Assembly (NCBI GenBank): GCA_043228905.1
Contig: JBHGNT010000002.1
Coordinates: 18,228,001 to 18,292,000 of the forward strand
Source of the DNA: Azolla caroliniana
Taxonomy: Eukaryota; Plantae; Polypodiophyta
DNA: 64,000 nt
Reading direction: 5' to 3'
Shown: positions 33,001 to 44,008 of the stretch, in pieces
How the letters are laid out: the number at the start of each line of letters is the position of its first letter
How positions within the stretch are numbered: position 1 is the first letter of the stretch
Notes under the pieces: generated by a model
Database searches by the model: none
What the model was told of the DNA's origin: nothing
Seen by the model: the letters and a program-made list of their open reading frames with translations, nothing else
Position numbers and translations under genes: made by a program

Positions 33001-36000
33001 ATCAAGTTTCGTAAAATACCGAGCTCCCTGGAGACGGTCAATTAGATCGTCAGCCCGGGGCAATGGATACGAATTCTTGATCGTCACTTTATTCAAGCGT
33101 CGGTAATTAATACACATACGCCATGTGCCCTCTTTCTTTTTAACCAAGAGAACTGGTGCACCCCATGGAGATTTACTATAACGTATATAACCCATTCGTA
33201 AATAGTCCTTGAGTTGCTTAGATACCTCATCTTCTTCGGATCGACTTAAGCGATACGGAGGTATACTTATTGGTGCAACACCAAGTACAATATCTATACG
33301 ATGGTCTATATTACGTTTAGGAGGTAACCCATCAGGTAGTTCACTTGGAAAAACATCATGAAAATCATTTAAGATTTCATCAAGTTGTTGTTGTTCAAAA
33401 TATGTTAATTGAATCGGGACATTATCGATATTGTAAACGTGAATGTCCGGATCAAGTACACAATAAAATAACGTAGAACAAGACAACTCGGATATTGATG
33501 GACACGAGGAAACAATCGAGAGGGATTGTTTTTTTACACATTGAATAAAATGCGTACAATCGTTCAGTACAAAAGAAATGGAATGACGAACCCAATCAAT
33601 CAATAAAGAAGAGTTTTTATTATAAAACCAGGGATAACCCAGTATTACATCGGTGGTACAAAGATTCATTACATGGAAGTCTACTTCCTCTATATAAGTA
33701 TCAATAGAAATTCCTAATGAATGAATCGCCCCGTTGATGTATTGTACTCTTCCATCAGCCAAGTGCACCGTGTAGGTGTGATCACTTGCGGTGGGTTGGA
33801 TTCCCCATATCTGAACCAAACGATCATTCACAAAATTGTGTGAGCTTCCCGAATCAAATAAAAATTGTACGGGAGATCCATTGATATACCCGTTTGCACG
33901 TAGTAAATCATTGGGACCCAATACATAGTGAGGAAAAGAACATTGACAATTACTTAAATGGTGTGTATAGACCTGAAGGACATTAGGAATCTGACCTTTA
34001 TGGTCTGCAGCTTTAGCTTTGTTGTCGTGCTCTTTCCGTTGGAGCTTTCGACATTGATCTTTTGTATGACCCTTCTTTTTGCAGAATACACAAAAAGGAT
34101 GTTGTCGCTTACAATCGCGATCCAGGAATTCGTTGGGTGTCTTGTGTTTCCCAACAAATTGTGACTGCTTAGTCCCGGGCGCTTCGTTGGGTTTGTTATG
34201 GTCCTTCTTCGAAGTGCGTTGATAGCGAAGAACTATTTCAACGGCCTCTTCGAAGGATTTTGGATCCTTATCGTGCACTATCCAGTGATAGTCCGAATTG
34301 GGGATGCCATTGACAAAACAAGCTATCAACCAATTGTCCCCTTCTAGACCCGATTTTTGGATTTGGGTTCTAGCATGGTGAACATAGTCTTCTAGCGAGG
34401 AAAATTTCCTGCTAGAGAGGTTCATTAAAGCTTGTGTTGCCTCGGTTCGAGAGGGAGGTTGCAGAAATTGGCCCTTAAAAACCGTGACAAAATCTGTCCA
34501 GGTATCGGGCAATTTCCCCATAGTACGGAAGCCACGCCACCAGGCGGCGGCCTTACCCCCGAGTTCTCGGCCGACATATGCAATCTTCGTACTATCTGGC
34601 GTGGGATAGAGCTCAAAATGAGACTCCCATCGTCCCAGCCATGTGTAGATTGCTTCTTCGGTTCTTTCCTTTTTGTCTCCCGTAAATGGCTTAACGACAA
34701 ATGATGGTTCACCTTATCGCTCATCAGGTCTATTAGTCTCACGTTGTAGACTAATGACACGTGCCTCAAGAGCACTCTGAGATTGCCAAAGTTCGGTCAT
34801 CTGTTGAGCGGTTAAACTAAGGAATTGGGTTATTTGTGCCAAATACATCTCAGTGGACATTTGTCCAGGAGGATTCCCTTGAGTTCCTTCCGCTTGAGCG
34901 GATGACATCGGGTCGTTAATTTGAGCCATTAAAGATTATTTCTGGAAAAGAAATAGGATAAGGTCAGAGATATAGTCATAACATCATGTCGTGATGTAAA
35001 CATATCATGGGCGAGCATTAATCGATATCATTATCTCACGTCAATACCCCTCTAGAGATATGAGATGAGGTTCAAGATCAGGTTACTATGGTAACACAAA
35101 GGTGTTTTAAAAACCATGGGGGTGACAAATAAATGTCTTTCCCTGATCTCTATATCAATTTTTTCATGGTGGCTCCCCGAGGCTCAACCATGTATGTTCG
35201 CGTCATGAATAGTTTATACACGAAAAAAATGTTAACAATAAACTATGTTTCGGTGCCCACATAAGTGGTTTCGGCTCTTTAAGTCCTATTACGAGGACCC
35301 CGAGGTGCACTTAGACCTTAAGTCTAAACATTTGTTATAGTCATATGTATCAAGGATGTTGTATGGTCTTGGTCATATTTGAACTCGAGACCTCGAGAAC
35401 AAATACATTAAACACTTGAGCCAACCAAGTAAGTTGCTCTTCTCGAATGCTTAATGTTTGATGCGTATAAGAGATATGCGAGGCAATTGATCATATATGT
35501 TTTTTTAAAAGAACATATATGTCAAGGTCCTTATTTCGCCCTCATTTACCAAAACTATGTTGGTACGTTACCTAACCTCAAGTCTCGTAATTACGATGGC
35601 ATATGCCAAAGGGCAACCTAATGGTCAAGCCAAATGAGCCCTCGTTTCGTAGTAGGCTCACGTGGGCCATCACATGGTCACGTCATTACGAATGCCTCTC
35701 GTAAGAACGCGCTCATGGTGGCATCGTATCCATGTAACGAGGGAGGGATGTTGGATACGTGCGTCATTGGAGCGACCTCACTTGAAGTGGGTCAAGCCCT
35801 ACGTACTCAACATCATTTTGGCTATTCGCGTTTCTTTACGTAACGAAATCGAGGTCGTCAATGGGGTTATCAACAATAAAAAAATGTTGAAAAAGGGACG
35901 GTGACAACGCCATTCTCACAAAAATGTGAGGACGGCCACCAACATCCTTTTCCCGACAAGGACAACTTTCGATATAATCACGTAATAACGAATATACACA

Positions 36001-37072
36001 TATGTTTACTTATCACATATATACGATCAAATACGTATATATATGACCACATATGCCTATATTAAACATATCGTTATATTAAATAGCCACAAATGATGTG
36101 ATCGAGATACGTAATCGAGGTATATACCTCTACGCACACGAAACATCCACAAATAAGAGATCATCGTAATACGCAATGGAGGTATTGACCTCTTACCCAT
36201 ACGAGACCAAACGCATATCGTTTACAACAAATCAAGGTATTAAACTCATACGCAAACGTAACATATGTTTGTGAACGTAATACGTAATTGAGGTATTAAC
36301 CTCGTACGCATACGACACTCATCACATATTATCAATATGTCAAACGAGGTATTGACCTCGTGCACATATGTAAACGTTTTAGATAATCAATTAAAGACCA
36401 CTACAACATCATTGACTTAATGAAAAAAATTACATATAAACTAAACACATGATTAGATGGGAGAAGAGAGAATAGAAAGAAAAATTATGGAAAGAGTTAC
36501 CGAAGTTCTTTGTTGATCGTTGTCTGGATCAAGGCCAACCGCACAACGATCGATCAGCATCAATCAAAAGACAAATGAAAAACAAAGAAACATTAGTAAA
36601 AAAAATCTGATACCAAATATTATAGATCATAATACTAATGTAAGCTTAAGATAAGGATAATGAAAAGATAGATAGAAAGGAGAAAGAGAAAGAAGGGTGC
36701 CGATCCACCCGACCACCCCCGAGCGAAGGGATCGAGACGGACTCGAGCCTCGATCGGCGTCCCATACCACCGTCGTGGCGTCGAGTCGTACCTGGTGCTG
36801 GCGCGCTCGCTACAAGAGTTGACCCACCACACGAGCAGAGTCTCGATGTAGTCAAAAGATCATCAAATGAGGGTAGCTAGGCCTCTTATTTATAGCGATA
36901 CCCAAGGCCCCCAGGCAAGTTCACACTTGACCAAATGGGTTGTCTCAATCCCGAGGATTAAAAGTAATCCTCCCCTTCTTTACACTCTCATTTAACCCTC
37001 ACACTTATCCACGTGTATAGAATACTACGGTAAATTCTTACCACGGGATATTATATGGTCATGCCCGTAACA
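30055..37072 (-). mobile_element. Full-length young Ty3/Gypsy chromovirus
   Basis: 455-bp LTRs at 30055-30509 and 36618-37072 with no difference seen by eye. TSD TTGAT, PBS TGGTATCAGA (36606-36615), PPT AAAGAGGGGGAG (about 30512-30523). Confidence 0.97.
30496..34929 (-). CDS. Chromovirus gag-pol in one frame, with one TAA at 34714-34716
   Basis: ORFs 34714..34929 and 30496..34521 share a frame, and the gap translates open (...[15 protein letters not shown]). CCHC knuckle, LFDSGS, FLDD, ETDAS, HHCC/D,D35E, and chromodomain PERILD...KIKW...DATWE. Confidence 0.93.
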
Positions 37073-38141
37073 TTGATGCTCCATAGGTCCGTAAACGTAT
37101 GAGTGAACCAAATCAAGAGGTTTTGATTCCCTTGGTGTGTTAGTCGAGTGAGGTGAAGCTACATATTTGTTACCCCATTTGTTACTAGCAAATCTCACAA
37201 GAATGATGGTGAGAATGCAAAGCTAAGGAATGTGATGTTGGGCTTGCTCAAGTGCACGAGTCTCTCGTGCCATGATGGGGACACCAAAAGATTGATAAAA
37301 AATAGTCCTCTCTTTATCTCTCTCCCTCCCTCTTTTTTTTTTTTTTTGGGTAAAAGCACACAATTATATTAATTATGTGTAAAATCAACTTGTTACAACA
37401 CTTCTTATTCTCCTCTACCTATCTATCTTATCCTATGTAGGGAGAGGGACGTCTTGTAATGCCACTAGAAACCTTGAATTTGCATTTGAGGAAATGATCC
37501 CACATGCTTTAACATCCAGAAATTCCACATAAGAACACCTTTCAACTTCTTCATATAGGCTTTCACCCCATGTCTACCATCAAACATGAAAGCATTAAGT
37601 ATATTCCAATTGTGTTGTAGTCCCCAACATAGTATGAACTAGGGATCGGCAATGGCTCGGCTCAAGCCTAAACCGTTTGGCTTAGCCGGCTTGAAAACGG
37701 CTTATCGGCTTATCGGCTCGGCTCGGCTCGGTTTAGGCTTGAGCCTGCCTTAACGGTTTGAGCTTGGCTCGGCTCGGTTTAGGCTTGAGCCTGCCTTAAC
37801 GGTTTGAGCTCGGCTCGGCTTGGCTTGAGCCTCACCAAACCGGCTTGAGCCGGCTAAGCCGTTTAAGTGATTTAATTAGTAATTACTAGTAACTACAGTT
37901 TATTACTAAAGTCTATGTTCTAACTTCTAATTAGTCAAGAGTCTAAGTTCTAACTAGTAGTCAGTGGTCACGAGTCATGAGTCTATTGTCTACAGTGCTG
38001 AGTGTACTGTGTACACACAGACTCCAAAGTGATGACTTAGGTATTACTAATTAGGTAATAAGACTTTAGCCTCTCGAGTCTCATTGCTCAACACAGACAG
38101 ACGACTTGGACTTAGGCAATAGGACTCTCGACACAGACGCG

Positions 38142-38225
<84 letters not shown>

Positions 38226-40781
38226 CTACTACATAGTAGATACTAGAAAGTGGAAGACGACGACCTGCTGTTGCCGCCTGCGTGCATCGTGCAGCCTCGA
38301 CTCCCAACTTCCAAGCCTACAAAGTGCTTTATTCCATCTATTTTACAAAGCCTACAAGTAAGATTCACATAATTTCACAATATAATTATGCACATATATG
38401 AATAATGATATTACAGACTATAGTCAATTTAAAATTACTTTACCTCAAGGCTCATATGAAGTAATACCCACAATCATTGTAATTTGTCACGACAGTCTAC
38501 AATGTAGACATATATGAAGTAAGATTCACAATATAATTATGCACATATATGAATAATGATATAGTCAAATTGAGCCACAATGTGGCACAATGTAATAACT
38601 CATGATTAGAGTAGGACATTTCAAAAGAATTCATTATCTTTTATAACCAAAATTTTATAGGTACAATAACATACATTGATATGGAAGAGGTAACATCAAT
38701 ATCAGCCCCTAGAGGCAAAACAAAGGCAAGAAAAAGAACTTCATGGACCAAGCAACACATGATCTCCATTAAGGACGGAGATGCATATAAGCGTCGATGT
38801 GCCTATTGTCACTTGATGTGGGCAAGCTCTACATCTACAGGTTCTATCGCCAAGCATTTATTAGATAAGCATAATATTAATAGCACATCACAACCACAAA
38901 CTTATAGCAATGTTCTTGTCCAAAGTAACATAAATGCTACTTCATCTACATTAACTATATCTCATACTCTAGAGAAGAAGTTTGATAGTACTGTTGTTAG
39001 ATACATAGTCACATCAATGCTACCTCATGCACATATTGAGTCTTCTAGTTTTAAGAGATTAATGCATGAAGTCTTGCCCACTTATCAACTTAAATCATCT
39101 CGTACACTTAAGAGATTAGTGTTACGAATGTATGTTGTTCTTCGCCATTTAGTTATTACTTATTTGTCCTCACAAAATTTTAGATATGCTATAACATTTG
39201 ATGGGTGGACAAAAAACATTTTGAAAGGATTTTATCCTGTGACTTTACATTTTGTTTGTTTCGAGTCTACTAAGCCTGCTAGTGTGCTTTTAGACTTCCT
39301 AGATGTCTTTCCGGGAGATGGGATAGGAAAACGTGTCGGAAAAGATTTATTCTCCCGTCTAAAATCATTTAATATCTCTTCACGTCTTCTATCTACAACT
39401 TCTGACGGTGTTAGTGAATCTCTAGTTGCATCAAAAGAATTAGCTAGGTTATTACTTTGTCATCATGGACAAGACATTTTACAATCATCACATATGTTAA
39501 GATGCATGGTGCATACATATCAACTAGGTGTAAAGTCTGCATTAGAAGTTATTATTCCTTCTACTATGAAGTTAAGGAAGACATTACATTCTATACACGC
39601 AAGTAAAGTGAGTAGAGCTATATTTAAAAAATATTCAAAAACCATGCATGAGAATGGAGAACATGAACCACCATGTGTAGATTGCATTACTAGATGGAAT
39701 TCAACCCTAATAATGTATCAACAATCCTTAAAATTAAGAGATGTCTTGATTTGTACCACAAGTGACAATGTCATTGCTAATGAGTTTGTGGACCATACAC
39801 TCCATAGAAGATTGGAGTCATATACAAAGTATGGAACAATGGTTGCTTGTGCCTGCTAAAATTTGTAATTACTTGAGTGGGTCAAAGTATCCGACCCTCT
39901 CAATAGCCGCGCTTGCATTCAACAACTTATTAGCACATTGTAATAAATATATTTCTATGGATATGAACTCGGTTGATTCATCCTCCGAGAAGATTACTCT
40001 TCAAGTGCAACAAGAGGCTAGTAACAAATGCTTACAATATCTAATCAAGTACCAAGAATCCCTGAAATCTATTCCATCTCGAATCGCAATGTTTGTTGAC
40101 CCGAGGTACTAATGTTTTTAACTGAAAATTCCCCCTTTTTAATCTTTCTTTCTTACTAATAGTGTCTTTTGTTTGAGTGTAGAATTCCAAAACCACCTAA
40201 TCCATTTGAGAGAGACCTCGATATAGAATTGGTGCAAAGTTTCTTGACAACCCAATATCATGATCCCTAATGTCGAAGATTCTCTATCCGAAGATGCATG
40301 TGAAGGATCTCCATTTGATTTTTTGGATATTTGGGATATGAACAATGACAAATCTCGTGAATCATCAGCTCGAACAGAAATTGACGGTTTCTTGAAGGTT
40401 ACACGAGTGAAGAGTTCCGTAGACCCTCTACATTGGTGGTCTACCAACAGGTTTCAAGCTATATTGCATCATGTTGTATTAAACAAATTTGTTATTTTTG
40501 GTAATTAATGAACACATTTTGATAGTATCTTTTTTATGATTTGAAACAAATCCATTTTTCCAAGGATGTATAAAATGGCATGCGATTATTTGGCTATTCC
40601 AGCTTCATCAGTGCCTTCAGAGGAAGCTAACTCCGAAGCTCGTGATAACCTCGACGATAGGCAACGGTTGCATTCATGCACTTTCAAGGCCGAGATGTGC
40701 ATATGATCTTGGATAGATCTACTTGATAGTGTTAATATTCCAATTCATGAAGATATTAATGATGCATATGATACTTTAGAT

Positions 40782-41709
40782 CATAGTACGTAAAATTCGT
40801 GTTCGTCTGCCATATCATTCGTTTTCATACGTTGGAAAACGAACACGAATGATATGCAAATATTCGTGTGTTTTTTTTTTTCATTTTTTTCATTTTTTTT
40901 TCATTTTTTTTCATTTTTTTTTCAATTTTTTTCAAATTTTCCCTCTTTTCTCCCTTTTCCTCTGCACTAACGTTACGCTCTCTTCTCCTCTACAACCTAG
41001 CCTCAAACGATTTGCGGTTCTGCAGAGTGCATTCAACCTTCAGGTATATTTAGTGTAGAAATATGGTTTTAATTTCAGTGATGAAATTTCTGTGCTGAAA
41101 AATCAGAAATTTCTGTGCTAAAAAATCAGAAATTTCATCACAGAAATTTCTGTGATGAAATTTCATCAACGAAATTTCAGTGATGATTGAAATTTTTGAA
41201 ATTTCAATCATCACTGAAATTTCTGAAATTTTGATTGAAATTTCTGAAATTTCTGTGATGAAATTTCATCGTGAAATTTCTGAAATTTCATCGTGAAATT
41301 TCTGAAATTTCTGTGATGAAATTTCATCTTTCAGAAATTTCGTGATGAAATTTTGATTGAAATTTCTGAAATTTCAGTGATGAATTTTCATCTTTCAGAA
41401 ATTTCGTGATGAAATTTTGATTGAAATTTCTGAAATTTCAGTGATGAATTTTCATCTTTCAGAAATTTCGTGATGAAATTTCATCAGTGAAATTTCGTGA
41501 TGAAATTTCATCACTGAAATTTTTGAAATTTCTTGATGAAATTTTTGAAATTTTTGAAATTTTTTTTCCGTGAAAAAATGTTTACCTTATAGTAAACCAT
41601 TTATCCAAAAGTATGGTATTTATCATTCTTCGAGAGTGTTTATCATTCTCGAATGATTGAATCATTCTCGAACACGAATGCACGAATGGTACGCATGGTT
41701 CATACTATG
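40782..41709 (+). mobile_element. hAT-type MITE, 928 bp, TSD CTTTAGAT
   Basis: TIR CATAGTA/TACTATG. 8-bp TSD at 40774-40781 and 41710-41717. Removing it restores the transposase C-terminus. Confidence 0.92.
41070..41570. repeat. Minisatellite built on the palindrome GAAATTTC
   Basis: Dozens of GAAATTTC/GAAATTTT units with TGAT/CATC linkers and larger duplicated blocks. Confidence 0.9.
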
Positions 41710-43295
41710 CTTTAGATATCAATTTAGAAGAGATTATTGCCGAGGATGATGTTATTGAATACTTATACTTGGACAAGTGATTTTTTTTGGAATATTATGA
41801 CTTGGGACAATTATGACGATCAATTATTGGAATAGTTAACATTTTTGGAATAGTCAATTTTTTCTCGTTGTTTTTCTTTAATTATCTATTAGTTAAATTT
41901 GCCTTGCATTTCACATTTTATGTTTTCCTCTAAGCCTTGTAACCATTCTACATTTGTAACATATTGGAGGGGGATTGTTCAATGATAAATTGTGTTATGA
42001 AGTTCAATGATAAATTGTAATAGAATTGTGTAATGAAGTTCACAAACCGGTTTACCATAAACCGGTTTAGGGATCGATTTGGTTTGGTTTGGTTCAGGTT
42101 TGAAAACCCCTAAACGGTTTAGGCTTAGCCGGTTTGGCTTGGATAAGGCCAAACCGGCTAAGCCTAAACCGAACTGTTGCCGATCCCTAGTATGAACCAT
42201 ATGTACCCATACGTGCATTCACATTCGTGCATGTTTCAATCATTCGAGTATGGTAAACACCCTCAAAGAATGGTAAATACCATACTTTTGGATTAACTAT
42301 TTATTATGAGGTAAATAAACCTAAAAAAGAACAAAAACAAAAAAAAAACTTTAAAAAAGGGGGAAAAAACAAAAAAAACACACAAGAATGTTGAATAACA
42401 TTCGCATTCGTTTTCCAACGTAGGAAAACGAATGTTATGCTAGATGAATATGAATTTTACGTACTATGGGACTCCCCAATATCATAAATTTTGGAACAAT
42501 ATCACCACCTTGTCATTTGGACCATTTTGGACATATTAAGAAAAAACCCATTGTTGAGGTCTCAAATAACAACGACCTCAAAACAAGGATGTGTTGGATA
42601 TCTAGAACCAAAAAAGAACCTCGAGGAAGATTATGTTCTACCTCGCTAATGATGATTATGGAGCAATGTTGTGAGTTGCTGACTCAAACTAGCTCGAAAA
42701 TCCTTGGAACTGTACTTAAAGAACTTGGATTAGAATGGAGCGATGTTGTATGAAGCGGAAGAGTCAAGAACCCATCTAGTTGCTTTGTTTATTGTAGAAA
42801 GCATGCTTCGATGGCATTATCCAAATTATTAATGTTTGAATTTGCGTTCAAATCATTGCTGGCCACTTCGATATATTTAGTTGACTAACTAGTTTTGCGG
42901 TGGAGGCCACATGGTTCAGCTCTCCATCTAGTTGCTTGGTTGTTAGATTACCTATATCTTTGAGCGTTGTCATCATTATCCTTTAAAGCCAAGGCATTTG
43001 GAGTTATTGTGTGTGCCTAGGCTTCTTGAAGTAATTGCAAGTTCAAGGGTGTCGCCACTAGCTGTGGCTCCTCGAAGTGGTCGGGCCTGTGCAATGTTTG
43101 TTGACAGATCAATTTGGAGTTGTAGGTATGTTACATATACAACTGAACTAAAGTTGGAGAGTGGGGAGCCAAGAAAGCTCGGTAGAAGCAGAAGTCGTGC
43201 TTTTTGATTTATTTATGGCCGCCAAGCCAGGCTTCCCTTTACCTCTCAGGCGGCGGGGGGGAGCTAGTGGTCGGAGTGAACCAGTGGCCACGAGA

Positions 43296-43402
43296 CACGT
43301 GTTGATCGGCTCTGAAACCCAAGCGGATCTCTTCCGCACGTGCACACACCTCTCTTAAAAACGAGCGAGCTGTCCAGTCTTCAACAAAAAACAACACGTG
43401 GC
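43296..43402 (+). promoter_or_regulatory. Cluster of three G-boxes (CACGTG) upstream of the MADS ATG
   Basis: CACGTG at 43296, 43337 and 43395; the last is in ABRE context ACGTGGC. Confidence 0.55.
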
Positions 43403-43479
43403 ATAAAGGAACAGAAGAAGAAAAAGAAGAAGCAGAAGAAGAAGCAGCAGCAGCAGAAGGGGAAGGGGGTGGGGTTTTG

Positions 43480-43661
43480 ATGGGGCGCTGCAAGATAGAG
43501 ATAAAGCGCATCGAGAATGACAGTACCCGACACGTGACCTTCTGCAAGCGCCGCGTGGGGCTGGTGAAGAAGGCACGTGAGCTCTCCGTCCTCTGCGACG
43601 CCGACGTGGCCCTCATCATCTCCTCCAGCTCCGGCAAGCTCTACCACTTCGCCAATCCCCG
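43480..43661 (+). CDS. MADS-box transcription factor (type II/MIKC-like), exon 1, MADS domain
   Basis: [57 protein letters not shown]. 182-nt coding exon ending at a phase-2 GT donor. Confidence 0.95.
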
Positions 43662-43741
43662 GTATCTCCTTCCATTCCATCCATCCATTACTCTTCTTCA
43701 TCTTCTTCTTCATTGCTCAATCCATCCATCCATCCATTCGT

Positions 43742-43773
<32 letters not shown>

Positions 43774-43878
43774 GATATATGTATATGTATATATGTATGT
43801 ACTTTAGCCTGCTCCTAGTACTGATTGTCATAGATTCCCCCCCCCCCCCCCCCCCCCCCCTTTTCTTTCCGTTTGCAG

Positions 43879-44008
43879 CCGTCTAGAAGATATCGTTGAG
43901 CTCTACATCTCTCAACGTCGCCCACAAGGTCCCGGACCTCCTCATGAGGACCTCCTGCCGCAGCCCGCCGCCTGTCTCCAGCTCCCGTTGGTGCCGTCTC
44001 CTCATCCT
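43879..44008 (+). CDS. MADS-box gene exon 2 (I domain, Pro-rich)
   Basis: Pyrimidine tract plus TTTGCAG acceptor (43878). In-frame RLEDIVELYISQRRPQGPGPP...SPHP, then GTGAGT donor at 44009 (phase 0). Confidence 0.85.

Larger units (their letters stand above)
29350..37290 (-). pseudogene. Very decayed Copia integrase region hosting the chromovirus insertion
   Basis: Joining the flanks across TSD TTGAT gives HSYVYGPM...FLGDAFYVIMFIGN, resembling Copia HSDVCGPM...SLGGAxYxxxFIDD. Confidence 0.55.
38681..41780 (+). pseudogene. hAT transposase, intron-containing and disabled
   Basis: BED finger (CAYC...HLLDKH), TFDGWT, TTSDG, RCMVH, TRWNS, DPR, DPLHWW, DYLAIPASSVPSEE. Frameshifts near 39800 and 40260, predicted introns 40106-40182 and about 40451-40548, TGA near 40704, MITE in the last exon. 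Confidence 0.9.
37640..42189 (+). mobile_element. hAT DNA transposon, 4550 bp
   Basis: Perfect 13-bp TIR TAGGGATCGGCAA, perfect 8-bp TSD GTATGAAC, GGCTC/CGGTTT subterminal repeats, internal transposase. Confidence 0.96.
37628..42468 (-). mobile_element. MITE (CATAGTA...TACTATG family, ~290 bp net) split by the hAT insertion
   Basis: 37628-37639 plus 42190-42468 is the reverse complement of both ends of MITE 40782-41709. TSD is not clean. Confidence 0.75.

Noticed and set aside
42470-43150. Short ORFs upstream of the MADS gene
   Set aside because: No recognisable homology; possibly old TE debris that I cannot classify.
43662-43818. Read-through tail of ORF 43477..43818 as a single-exon type I MADS gene
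   Set aside because: The tail is microsatellite-rich intron, and good splice sites give an in-frame exon 2.
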